64,000 nucleotides of DNA from an uncultured Chloroflexia bacterium (lineage in GTDB: Bacteria; Chloroflexota; Limnocylindria; Limnocylindrales; CSP1-4), in NCBI GenBank assembly GCA_963763075.1, contig CAVXNF010000006.1, forward strand, positions 351,728 to 415,727, written 5' to 3'. The notes below the pieces were generated by a model. That model was not told where the DNA came from, did not search any database, and worked only from the letters and a program-made list of their open reading frames with translations. The position numbers were made by a program, and so were the translations under genes. This document shows, one piece after another, positions 1-12,976 of this stretch. The number at the start of each line of letters is the position of its first letter. The stretch's first letter is position 1.

Positions 1-451
1 CGACCTGCGGCAGGCCGGTCTCCCAGGTGATCGAACGCTGCGCCTCCTGGAGCGCCTCGCGCTGGACGGAGTCGATGAGCTTCACGAGCTCGGCGTCGCT
101 GATCGGCAGCTCGGGCTTCTTGCGCTCCTGGGTGAGCGTCGTCGTGAAGCCCTTGACGAGCTCGCCGGCGATGCCGATGACCACCTGGGTCGGCCGGAAG
201 CCGGCCATCTCCTCGGCTTCCTGGAGCGCGACCGCGCAGTTGTCGACGACCGCGGCGATGTCGGCGACCGTGCCCGACTGCATGTGGCTCAGGCCCTGCC
301 GCTTGCGGCCGACGCCGCGGACCGTCCCGTGGCCGGCCTCGTCGATCTCGAACACGAGCGCCTTGGCGAACTCCGTGCCGATGTCGAGCGCCGTGGCCGC
401 GGCGGGCGTGGGGGCGCCGTCCCGGCTCCAGATGCGACGAAGGAACCCCAT
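1..451 (-). CDS. FtsA/PilM-like actin-fold ATPase, N-terminal part (gene runs off the window start)
   Basis: Own translation of the minus strand from the ATG at 451..449: MGFLRRIWSRDGAPTPAAATALDIGTEFAKALVFEIDEAGHGTVRGVGRKRQGLSHMQSGTVADIAAVVDNCAVALQEAEEMAGFRPTQVVIGIAGELVKG... The LDIGT phosphate-1 motif and overall layout are typical of FtsA/PilM. Absent from the ORF track because it is edge-truncated. Confidence 0.5.
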   Translation of the reverse strand, partial: MGFLRRIWSRDGAPTPAAATALDIGTEFAKALVFEIDEAGHGTVRGVGRKRQGLSHMQSGTVADIAAVVDNCAVALQEAEEMAGFRPTQVVIGIAGELVKGFTTTLTQERKKPELPISDAELVKLIDSVQREALQEAQRSITWETGLPQV

Positions 452-486
452 TCAGCCCGCCACGCCCGTCCGGCCGGCGGCGCCGG

Positions 487-3285
<2,799 letters not shown>

Positions 3286-3331
3286 CGGCGCAATGGTACC
3301 GAAGCGGCCGGGTCCGCTCGGGGCATGGCTC

Positions 3332-3360
3332 GGCCCCGGCCGGTCGAGCCTGCCGGGGCC
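3332..3360 (-). terminator. GC-rich hairpin downstream of the small Cys/His-rich gene (possible intrinsic terminator without a U-tract)
   Basis: Perfect 9-bp stem ggccccggc / gccggggcc with an 11-nt loop, 22 nt downstream of the stop at 3382. Confidence 0.35.
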
Positions 3361-3381
3361 GTGCGCGATGGCGGTCGAGGG

Positions 3382-3576
3382 TCAGAACGAGTGCTGGTGG
3401 CCCGTGCCCGCGCCCTGCGCGTCGGACGAGGAGTGGTACGCCTTCTCGATGTTGGCGACCGTCTGGTCGACGTCCTGCCCGTTGGCCTCGCCGGCCTTGC
3501 GCAGGTCGTCCATCGTGATGTTGGCCTCGTTGCCGTGATCGTCGTCGGGCTTGCCGCAGCCGCAGTTCAGGCACAT
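3382..3576 (-). CDS. small (64 aa) Cys/His-rich protein, putative metal-binding
   Basis: ATG at 3576 preceded by GGAGGA 8 nt upstream. Product: MCLNCGCGKPDDDHGNEANITMDDLRKAGEANGQDVDQTVANIEKAYHSSSDAQGAGTGHQHSF. The longer 175-aa ORF in the track is an Arg/Pro-rich upstream extension with no SD. Confidence 0.6.
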   Translation of the reverse strand: MCLNCGCGKPDDDHGNEANITMDDLRKAGEANGQDVDQTVANIEKAYHSSSDAQGAGTGHQHSF

Positions 3577-3697
3577 GGCGATGATCCTCCGTCGTGGGGG
3601 TCTCGGATGTGCCCTCAGCGTCGCGGTGGCATGGCGTGACGCGCCTCGCGACCGACGGCGGTCCGCTTGCAGCGCGATTGCGAACGAGCCGGGCCGG

Positions 3698-4090
3698 CTA
3701 CTCGGGGATTCGGGTCGCCTGGGACCACACGGCCTGCCAGGTGCCGTCGCGGAGCCGGTACAGGTCGGTGTGCCAGAAGCGGCCACGATCGGATCCGCCG
3801 CCGTCGAAGTGCACCTCGATCCGCGCCTCGTAGCGGACCGCGGCGCCGCCACCGAGCTGGACGACCGCGATCTCGGAGGCCGGTTCGAACACCTCGTACC
3901 GCAACGCACCCGACTCGATGTCGCCGAGGTACGCCGCGCCGGACAGCGACCGCCCGCTCGGCGTGATCAGCTGGTAGTCGGCCGCATGCAGCGCCCGCGC
4001 CGTACTGAGGTCGCGCTCGACGAGCGAGCGCAGGCGCGCCCGTTCGAGCTCGCGGAAGTACGCGTCGGGGACCGGGCTGCCCTCGGTCAT
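3698..4090 (-). CDS. NTF2-superfamily (SnoaL/DUF4440-like) protein
   Basis: 130-aa product MTEGSPVPDAYFRELERARLRSLVERDLSTARALHAADYQLITPSGRSLSGAAYLGDIESGALRYEVFEP...WHTDLYRLRDGTWQAVWSQATRI, the C-terminal part of track ORF 3698..5293. Its pattern is typical of DUF4440/SnoaL-like cone folds. Confidence 0.6.
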   Translation of the reverse strand: MTEGSPVPDAYFRELERARLRSLVERDLSTARALHAADYQLITPSGRSLSGAAYLGDIESGALRYEVFEPASEIAVVQLGGGAAVRYEARIEVHFDGGGSDRGRFWHTDLYRLRDGTWQAVWSQATRIPE

Positions 4091-4330
4091 CGGTCGGGCG
4101 TCAGCGCACCGTGGGCGCCGTCGGCGGCGGGTCGTCCTCGCCCACGCCGCGTCGCCGGGCGAGTGAAGCTCGCGCCGGCGAGGGCGGCTCCGGCGAGCGC
4201 GCCCGACGACGAGCCCGCCGAGGAAGCGCTTCGAGCGGCTGCTCTCGCCGCCCAGCAGGTCCGCGAGCTCGGCGAGGCGGGCCGGGGCGGTGTCGCGGAC
4301 GGGTGCCGGCACGCGGGAGTCGTCGGGCAT
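4087..4330 (-). CDS. small YtxH-like membrane protein (needs one frameshift correction)
   Basis: The ATG at 4330 lies 2 nt after the stop of the upstream gene. Translation gives MPDDSRVPAPVRDTAPARLAELADLLGGESSRSKRFLGGLVVG. A 1-nt shift then gives ALAGAALAGASFTRPATRRGRGRPAADGAHGALTPDR, whose TGA forms an ATGA overlap with the next gene's start at 4090. The hydrophobic Gly/Ala helix resembles YtxH. Confidence 0.3.
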
Positions 4331-4332
4331 CG

Positions 4333-4611
4333 TCAGGCCTTCGCCCGCTGCGGGCCGAGCGTCGCGAGGATCGCCACGATCCCGATCCCCACCCAGGCCA
4401 TGATCGAGGCCGGGATGAGCGGGAAGTCGCCGATCGCGATGAGGTCGAGCCCGAGCCGGTTGCCGAGCGCCGCGCCGGCCCACGCCCCGAGGCTCGCGGC
4501 GATGTACGTGAGCGGCAGGCGGCCGCCCGCGTCGCCCCGGATGAGGACGTAGATCGACGTGTGGAGCAGGCCCAGCAGCAGCGCGAGCGGCAGCGCGGGC
4601 GGGATCGTCAT
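4333..4611 (-). CDS. small integral membrane protein (92 aa, about 3 TM helices)
   Basis: [92 protein letters not shown]. The ATG at 4611 overlaps the mnmA stop (ATGA at 4608..4611). Confidence 0.5.
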   Translation of the reverse strand: MTIPPALPLALLLGLLHTSIYVLIRGDAGGRLPLTYIAASLGAWAGAALGNRLGLDLIAIGDFPLIPASIMAWVGIGIVAILATLGPQRAKA

Positions 4612-5793
4612 GCGGGGACGGTCTCCGGGACGCGGTCCGCGGCGGCAGGCGCGGCGTCCGCCCGCGCGGGGGTCGAGATCCGCCCGCCGCCGACGCACGT
4701 GTCGCCGTCGTACAGCGCGCAGGCCTGGCCGGGGGCGATCGCCCACACCGGCGTGTCCGTCTCGACCGTCCAGCGGCCGCCGCGCGCGGGCTCGTCCGGG
4801 CTCGCCGGCCGCACGGTCGCGTCGACGAGCGTCGCGCGATGGCGGATGCGCACCTGCGCCCGGAACGGGCGCCCAGGCACCGTCCGCGTCGCGCCCGCCG
4901 GGCGGCTCGTCCGCGACGAACGTCCCGCCCTCGAGCTCGATCCGCGTCGTCTCGAGGTCCTCGCGCCGGCCGAGCACGATCGTGTTGGACGCCGGGTCGA
5001 TGCGCGACACGTAGCGCGGCGCCCCGAGCGCCACGCCGATGCCCTTCCGCTGCCCGACCGTGAAGCCCGCGGCGCCGCCGTGCTCCCCCACCCGCTCGCC
5101 GTCGGCGTCGAGGACCGGGCCGGCCTGGGGCGTCCAGCCGCCGCGCGTGCGCAGCTCCTCGCGGTAGTCGCCGCCGGGCACGAAGCAGATCTCCTGGCTC
5201 TCGGGCTTGTCGGCCGTGACGAGCTCCAGGCTGCGGGCGATGGCGCGGACCTCGGGCTTCGCGAGGTCGCCCAGCGGGAAGCGGCTGTGCCACAGCTGGT
5301 CCTGGCGCAGGCCGTAGAGGAAGTACGTCTGGTCCTTGTCAGCATCGGCGGCGAGGGCGAGGCGGGCCCGCGGGCCGTCCGGCGTGTCCACGACGAGCCG
5401 CCGGGCGTAGTGGCCGGTCGCGACGGCCTCGCACTCGTACAGGTGGCGGGCGCGGCCCAGCAGCGCCCCGAACTTCACGTACGTGTTGCAGTCGACGCAC
5501 GGGCTGGGGGTGCGGCCGTCGAGGTACGCGGCGACGAACGGCTCGATGACGCCGGCCGCGAACTCGCGCTCGAGGTTCATGACGTAGAACGGGATCCCGA
5601 GCCGGGCCGCGACCCGGCGCGCGTCGTCGGCGGCGTCCGCGGAGCAGCAGCTCTTCTTGAACTCCGAGTACGAGTCGGCCACGTCGTGGAGGCGCATCCA
5701 GACGCCGACGACCTCGTGCCCCTGCTCGTGGAGCAGCGCCGCCGCGACCGAGCTGTCGACGCCGCCGGACATCGCGACGAGGATCCGGCTCAT
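4608..5793 (-). CDS. mnmA: tRNA 2-thiouridine(34) synthase MnmA (one apparent frameshift near 4880-4900)
   Basis: N-terminus [21 protein letters not shown] (PP-loop SGGVDS), ...CVDCN..., ...DQTYFLYGL. The C-terminal [18 protein letters not shown]...[20 protein letters not shown] is in the frame of ORF 4608..5345. The two parts join only through a 1-nt shift after [16 protein letters not shown]. Confidence 0.9.
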
Positions 5794-6959
5794 CCGGCGA
5801 CCGCCTCGCGGGGCGCGGGCGCCGCCTCGAGCAGCCGGCGGAGCACGGCGGGCACGACGCGGACGGCCTCGTCGATCTCGGCGTCGGTCGTCGTCCGGCC
5901 GAGGCTCAGGCGGATCGCCCCGCGTGCCTCGTCCGACGGGTAGCCCATGGCCGTGAGCACGTGGCTGGGATCGGTCGACCCGCTCGTGCACGCGGATCCG
6001 TTCGACACGGCGATCCCCTCGAGGTCCAGCGCGAGGGTCGCCGATGCGCCGTCGAGGCCACGCACGATGACCGAGGCGATGTGCGGCAGGCGGTCGGTGG
6101 GATGGCCGGTCGCCTCCACGCCATCCACCTCGAGGAGCGCCTCCAGGAGCCGGTCGCGCTGCGCACGCACCCGCTGCACGGCGCTGTCGCGCTCCGCGAC
6201 CGCCAGCTCGAAGGCGCGCGCCATCCCGACGGCGCCCGCGACGTTCTCGGTCCCGGCCCGGCGGTGCCGCTCCTGCGTGCCGCCGTGCTCCTGCGCGAGG
6301 AGGTGCGTGCCGCGGCGGATCCACAGCGCCCCGGTCCCCTTCGGGCCCTCGGCCTTGTGGGCGGACAGCGCGACGAGGTCGGCGCCCAGCGTCGACACGT
6401 CGAGCTCGACCCACGGCGCGGCCTGGACGGCGTCGACGTGGAGCAGGACGCCGCGGTGTGCCCGCACCACGGCCGCCACCTCGGCGACCGGCTGGAGCGT
6501 GCCGACCTCGTTGTTGGCGAGCATCACCGAGACCAGCGTCGTGCGCTCCGTGATCGCCGCCTCGACGTCGTCGGCCGCGACCCGCCCGTAGCGGTCGACC
6601 GGCACCTGGACGACCTCGAACCCGAAGTGCTCGAGGTAGGCCAGCGCGTGCCCGACCGCGTGGTGCTCGACCGGCGTGGTCACGATCCGGTGCCCGCGCG
6701 ACTTGCCCGCCCACGCGGCGCCCTTGAGCGCGAGGTTGTTGGCCTCGGTCCCGCCGCTCGTGAACACGACCTCGCGGGCGTCGCCGCCGATCGCCCGGGC
6801 GAGCCGCTCGTGCGCGTCGTCCAGCGCCTCGCGGGCGATGCGCCCGAACGCGTGCGGCGACGACGGGTTGCCGAACACGCCGCCGAGCAGCGGCGTCATC
6901 GCGTCGAGCACCTCGGGGCGCAGCGGCGTCGTGGCGGCGTGATCCAGATAGACCGGCAT
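5790..6959 (-). CDS. iscS: cysteine desulfurase (NifS/IscS family, class V aminotransferase)
   Basis: 389-aa product [21 protein letters not shown]...[15 protein letters not shown]...LLHVDAVQA...[14 protein letters not shown]...[17 protein letters not shown]. Its stop overlaps the mnmA start (ATGA at 5790..5793). The N-terminal 420 aa of track ORF 5790..8228 is antisense to the PT repeat (GVGVGV...) and is rejected. Confidence 0.9.
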   Translation of the reverse strand: MPVYLDHAATTPLRPEVLDAMTPLLGGVFGNPSSPHAFGRIAREALDDAHERLARAIGGDAREVVFTSGGTEANNLALKGAAWAGKSRGHRIVTTPVEHHAVGHALAYLEHFGFEVVQVPVDRYGRVAADDVEAAITERTTLVSVMLANNEVGTLQPVAEVAAVVRAHRGVLLHVDAVQAAPWVELDVSTLGADLVALSAHKAEGPKGTGALWIRRGTHLLAQEHGGTQERHRRAGTENVAGAVGMARAFELAVAERDSAVQRVRAQRDRLLEALLEVDGVEATGHPTDRLPHIASVIVRGLDGASATLALDLEGIAVSNGSACTSGSTDPSHVLTAMGYPSDEARGAIRLSLGRTTTDAEIDEAVRVVPAVLRRLLEAAPAPREAVAG

Positions 6960-7070
6960 GGCTCCGGATTGTAGACCGCGGGCCGTTTCGCCCCGATCGG
7001 ACGATGCCGGTGGACCGACCTCGACTATCCTCGGGCGAGCGGACCGCTGCCCGCCACCGGAGGATCCCCT

Positions 7071-9176
7071 GTGCGTCGCACCCTGCCCCTGCTCGTCACC
7101 GTCGCCGCGTTCGCGGCCCTGCTCCTGCCCGCCGCCATGACCGGCGCGACGGCCCAGGTCACCGGGACGATGACCATCCGCGAGGAGGTCACGCTCAGCC
7201 CCGATGCCGTCGCCGTGTTCACGATCGTCGGCCAGAACGCGAGCAACAAGGCCGGCGGCATCGTCGGCTTCCAGCGGATCAACAACGCCGCGACGCCCGT
7301 CGCGTTCTCCGTCGACTACGACACCGCGTCGATCGACCCCAAGGAGAGCTACGCGATCTTCGGCTCGATCATCGACGGCTCGACGGTGTACCAGACGTTC
7401 GAACCCGTGCCCGTCATCACCGGCGGCCCCACGAGCGACGTCGCCCTCGTCGCGACGGCGGAGGTGCCGGCCGGCGCCGGCGCCGTGACCGGCACGATCG
7501 AGATCCCGGGCAACACGTCGCTCTCCTCGAGCGCGGTCGCCGTCGCGGCGCTGGTCGACGAGACGACGGGGACGACCGTCGCCCGCCAGGTCATCGCGAC
7601 GCCCGGCAACTCGCCGATCGCGTTCTCGATCGCCGTCGACCCGGGCGTGATCGATCCGACCGACACGTACGTCGCGAAGGCGGGCGTCGTCGACGGGAGC
7701 AAGCTCTGGGCGGGCCTGGACGGCGTCCCGGCCGTCGAGAACGGCGAGCTGCTGACCGGCGTCACGGTCAAGGTCACGCCGGCCAAGCTGCCGGTCCAGC
7801 CGACGCGCACCGCCGGCCACACCGGCTCCCACGCCCGAGCCGACCGCGGAGCCGACGCCGGAACCCACGGCGGAACCGACCGCCGAGCCCACGCCGACGC
7901 CGACACCCGAGCCGACGGCGACGCCGACGCCGACCCCGACGCCCACGCCGACACCGACGCCAACGCCGACCCCCACGCCGACAGCGACCCCGACGCCAAC
8001 ACCGACGCCATCGCCACGCCCACGCCGACGCCTACGGCCACGCCGACACCCACGCCAACGCGCGACGCCGACGCCGACGCCCACGCCGACTCCGACGCCC
8101 GTCGCCGACGCCGACGCCGACCGCCGACCCCGACACCGACGCCGACGCCTACCGCCGACGCCGACGCCCACGCCGACGCCGTCACCCACGCCCTCCGCCG
8201 ACGCCGACGCCGACCCCGACGCCCACACCGACGCCGTCGCCGTCGCCGACGCGCCACCGCCTCGCCGTCGCCGACCCCCACCGTCCCCCCGGACAGCGGG
8301 CTGATCTCGGGAACGCTCACCTATGACGAGCCCAAAGAGCTGTCAGCCGACGCCCGTGCCGTCGTGTTCCTCGTCGACGTCACCGTCGGTCCGAATGCCG
8401 GCACCGTGATCGCATCGGTCGAGGTCAAGGATCCGGGGCCGCAGCCCATCGCCTTCCAGCTCGCCTACCCGTTCGCGGTCGTCGATGACGCGAACCAGTA
8501 CCAGGTGTTCGCAGGGATCGTCGACGGCGACTCCGCGTGGGCGACGCCCACCGGCGTCGGCGTGCCGGTGCCGCAGGCCCGGGTCGAGGGCGTCCTGCTC
8601 GAGCTCGAGTACCGGCCGGACCTGCTCAAGGGCGCGGTGACCGGCTCCATCACCGGGACCGACCTCGGCCCGATCACGAACCCGGACGCCTACGGGACGT
8701 CGATCCTCATCGACACGACCACCGGCGCCACGATCGGGTTCCAGATGATCTCCCCGATCGTCGCCCAGCCGATCCCCTTCTCCGCCCCGTTCGACACGAG
8801 CACGATCGACCCGACGGCCACCTACGTCGCCCGCGGCTCCGTGTGGGATGGGACGACGCTGTGGAACACGCCGACGGGCACCGCGGTCATCACGCAGGAC
8901 AACCCGAAGTCCGGCATCGTCCTGACGGTCGTGCCGGCCGTGACGACGGCCCCGCCGGCCGAGGATCCGGGTCGCACCTGGCTGCCGTGGATCCTGCTGC
9001 TGATCGCGGCCGGTATCGGCATCGGCGTGTTCCTGTGGTGGCGCTCGCGCCAGGAGCCGGAGCCGCCGGACGGGCCGGAGACCCCGCCCCCGCCGCCGGG
9101 ACCGGACACGCCCCCGCCGCCGCCGGGCGGTGAGGCCGCCGCGACCGGGGGCACGACGGGCGGTCCGCCGGCCTGA
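7071..9176 (+). CDS. signal-peptide protein with four YbaY-like lipoprotein-type repeats, a Pro/Thr-rich linker, a C-terminal TM anchor and a Pro-rich tail
   Basis: GTG at 7071 with GGAGGA 7 nt upstream. Signal peptide [30 protein letters not shown]. Four units show the pattern ..L.PDAV..V.L.D......I.........P..F...YD...ID....Y...G.I.DG... (aa about 30-115, 125-235, 410-505 and 515-615). The TM helix is [21 protein letters not shown]. Confidence 0.7.
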   Translation: MRRTLPLLVTVAAFAALLLPAAMTGATAQVTGTMTIREEVTLSPDAVAVFTIVGQNASNKAGGIVGFQRINNAATPVAFSVDYDTASIDPKESYAIFGSIIDGSTVYQTFEPVPVITGGPTSDVALVATAEVPAGAGAVTGTIEIPGNTSLSSSAVAVAALVDETTGTTVARQVIATPGNSPIAFSIAVDPGVIDPTDTYVAKAGVVDGSKLWAGLDGVPAVENGELLTGVTVKVTPAKLPVQPTRTAGHTGSHARADRGADAGTHGGTDRRAHADADTRADGDADADPDAHADTDANADPHADSDPDANTDAIATPTPTPTATPTPTPTRDADADAHADSDARRRRRRRPPTPTPTPTPTADADAHADAVTHALRRRRRRPRRPHRRRRRRRRATASPSPTPTVPPDSGLISGTLTYDEPKELSADARAVVFLVDVTVGPNAGTVIASVEVKDPGPQPIAFQLAYPFAVVDDANQYQVFAGIVDGDSAWATPTGVGVPVPQARVEGVLLELEYRPDLLKGAVTGSITGTDLGPITNPDAYGTSILIDTTTGATIGFQMISPIVAQPIPFSAPFDTSTIDPTATYVARGSVWDGTTLWNTPTGTAVITQDNPKSGIVLTVVPAVTTAPPAEDPGRTWLPWILLLIAAGIGIGVFLWWRSRQEPEPPDGPETPPPPPGPDTPPPPPGGEAAATGGTTGGPPA
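7800..8290. repeat. low-complexity ccgacg-type hexamer/trinucleotide repeat encoding the Pro/Thr(-Glu/Ala) linker
   Basis: Runs of (ccg/ccc/cca)(acg/acc/aca) codons. The PTPTPT reading is seen in all three forward frames in successive stretches: codon phase 1 from about 7813, phase 0 at about 7990-8060 and 8120-8150, and phase 2 at about 8170-8260. Confidence 0.8.
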
Positions 9177-9188
9177 CGCCCTGGGTCG

Positions 9189-11105
<1,917 letters not shown>

Positions 11106-11174
11106 GGGCCGCTGGAGTGTCGCACATGCGGCCCGTTCCGGCGAACGTGCGGTGGCCGGCGCGCGCCGGCCCGC

Positions 11175-11927
11175 TCAGCCGCGCGGCACGCTCCCGGTCG
11201 CGACGGCCGTCGGCTCGACGAGCTCGCCGTCGAGGAGCTCGATGACGCGGTCGGCGACCTCGAGCATCACCGGGTCGTGGGTCGCGACGATCGCGGTCAC
11301 GCCCTCCGCCCGGACGACCGTCCGGATGAGCAGCATGATCCGCTGGCCCGTCTCCGAATCGAGCTGCCCGGTCGGCTCGTCAGCGAGCAGGAGCCGGGGC
11401 TTGTTGGCCAGCGCCCGCGCGATCGCGACCCGCTGCTGCTCCCCGCCCGACAGCTCGTGCGGCCGGTGGCGCGCCCGCTCGGCGAGCCCGACGAGCTCCA
11501 GCAGCTCGGCGACCCGGGCGTCACGCTCGCGCGGGTCCGCCCCGACGAGCCGGAGCGGCACCTCGACGTTCTCGGCGGCGGACAGGATCGGGATCAGCCC
11601 GAACGTCTGGAACACGAACGCGATCGTGCGCCGGCGCACCTCGGCCGACTCGTTCTCGCCCAGCCCGGAGATCTGCGTCCCGTCGACGACGACCGTGCCG
11701 GCCGTGGGCTCGTCGAGGCCACCGAGCAGGTTGAGCAGCGTCGTCTTGCCCGAGCCCGACCGGCCGCGCACCGCGAGCAGCTCCCCGCGGGCGACGTCGA
11801 TGTCGATGCCGCGGAGCGCGTGGACGACCGAGCCGCCGCTCTCGTAGTCGCGGCTCAGCCCGCGCGCGACGACCATCGCGTCGGCGCCGGCGAGCCGTGC
11901 CTCGGGGCGGGCGTAGCGCTCCGTCAT
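11175..11927 (-). CDS. ABC transporter ATP-binding protein (MacB/FtsE-like, 250 aa)
   Basis: Walker [14 protein letters not shown]-loop FVFQTFGL, signature [15 protein letters not shown] and Walker [13 protein letters not shown]. The ATG at 11927 overlaps the upstream stop (ATGA at 11924..11927). Confidence 0.9.
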   Translation of the reverse strand: MTERYARPEARLAGADAMVVARGLSRDYESGGSVVHALRGIDIDVARGELLAVRGRSGSGKTTLLNLLGGLDEPTAGTVVVDGTQISGLGENESAEVRRRTIAFVFQTFGLIPILSAAENVEVPLRLVGADPRERDARVAELLELVGLAERARHRPHELSGGEQQRVAIARALANKPRLLLADEPTGQLDSETGQRIMLLIRTVVRAEGVTAIVATHDPVMLEVADRVIELLDGELVEPTAVATGSVPRG

Positions 11928-12976
11928 CGGGGATCCTCCCGGTCCTGGCGGTCCTGGGTGTCCGGCCAGATGCCGACGTGGTCGTCCTCGAGCGTCAGCC
12001 GGACGCGGTTGCGGAGCTCGAGCGCCTCGACGTGGGCCCGTGGCAGCTGGAGGCGGCCCGCGCGATCGAGGACGGCGTACTCCTCGGCGATCACGCGGTC
12101 GTCGCCCTCGTGCGTCTGCTCCGTCCGGCGCAGCGTCTCGGTGCTCGTCCGCCCGTCGCGGATCGCCACCGTCCGCTGCACCTGCTCGGACACGAACGCG
12201 TCGTGGGTCACGATGATGATCGTCGTCCCCAGCGCCTTGTTGATCCCCCGCAGCAGGCCGAACACCTCCGCGGACGTCTGGCTGTCGAGCTCGCCGGTGG
12301 GCTCGTCCGCGAGGACGACCGACGGGTCGTTGGCCAGCGCCACGGCGATCGCGACCCGCTGCTGCTCGCCGCCCGACAGGCGGTCCGGGCGGTGCGAGGT
12401 CCGATCCCCGAGGCCCACCAGCTCGAGCAGCTCGAGCGCCTTCCTGCGGCGTTCCTTCCGCCCGTCGAGGATCATCGGCAGCTGGACGTTGTCGACCGCG
12501 CTGAGGTACGGCAGCAGGTTCCGCCCCGTCTGCTGCCACACGAACCCGACGACGCGCCGCCGGAAGCGGGTGCGCTCGGTGTTCGAGAGGCGGCCGAGGT
12601 CGTAGCCGGCGACGACCGCCCTGCCGGCCGAGGGCACGTCCATCCCGCCGAGGATCGCGAGCAGCGTGGACTTGCCGCTCCCCGACGCGCCCACGATCGC
12701 GACCATCTCGCCCGGCTCCACGAGCAGGTCGAGGCCCTGGAGCGCGACGACCTCGAGATCGGCGAGCTTGAAGATGCGCACGAGCCCGTCGCAGGCGATG
12801 ACCGCGCCGTCGCCGTAGCGGACGCGCGGCCGCTGCCCGGCCATGGCGCGTTCGAGCGGATCGGGCCGGCCCGGCGCGGACGTCACCGCACCGTCGGCGC
12901 CCACGCGGCCGGACGGCAGCTCCTCGATCTCCGGGGTCGCGGGCTCGGATGGACGGGACGACGGGTCGGACATCAT
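11924..12976 (-). CDS. ABC transporter ATP-binding protein with a C-terminal AbrB/SpoVT-like extension (about 350 aa)
   Basis: Walker A GASGSGKSTLL, signature [15 protein letters not shown] and Walker B VVLADEPTGELD. An extra tail follows: EEYAVLDRAGRLQLPRAHVEALELRNRVRLTLEDDHVGIWP. The ATGATG start at 12976/12973 overlaps the permease stop; a downstream start at MAGQRPRV is possible. Confidence 0.88.
   Translation of the reverse strand: MMSDPSSRPSEPATPEIEELPSGRVGADGAVTSAPGRPDPLERAMAGQRPRVRYGDGAVIACDGLVRIFKLADLEVVALQGLDLLVEPGEMVAIVGASGSGKSTLLAILGGMDVPSAGRAVVAGYDLGRLSNTERTRFRRRVVGFVWQQTGRNLLPYLSAVDNVQLPMILDGRKERRRKALELLELVGLGDRTSHRPDRLSGGEQQRVAIAVALANDPSVVLADEPTGELDSQTSAEVFGLLRGINKALGTTIIIVTHDAFVSEQVQRTVAIRDGRTSTETLRRTEQTHEGDDRVIAEEYAVLDRAGRLQLPRAHVEALELRNRVRLTLEDDHVGIWPDTQDRQDREDPR

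Noticed and set aside
3640-3680. Possible operator near-palindrome TTGCAgcgcgatTGCGAA upstream of the small Cys/His gene
   Set aside because: The arms are only 5 bp with a 1-nt asymmetry. That is too weak to call without comparative data.
3577-3909. Long form (175 aa) of the small Cys/His-rich ORF
   Set aside because: The upstream 111 codons are Arg/Pro/Ser-rich with no SD, whereas the internal ATG at 3576 has a perfect GGAGGA at optimal spacing.
6960-8228. N-terminal 420 aa of ORF 5790..8228, including [10 protein letters not shown] runs
   Set aside because: It is antisense to the ybaY-like gene and its PT repeat. The cysteine desulfurase clearly starts at [13 protein letters not shown] (6959).
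7800-8290. Possible CRISPR array or minisatellite
   Set aside because: The periodicity is 3-6 nt (codon repeats), with no 25-40-nt repeat/spacer organisation. It lies inside a coding region between two conserved domain pairs.
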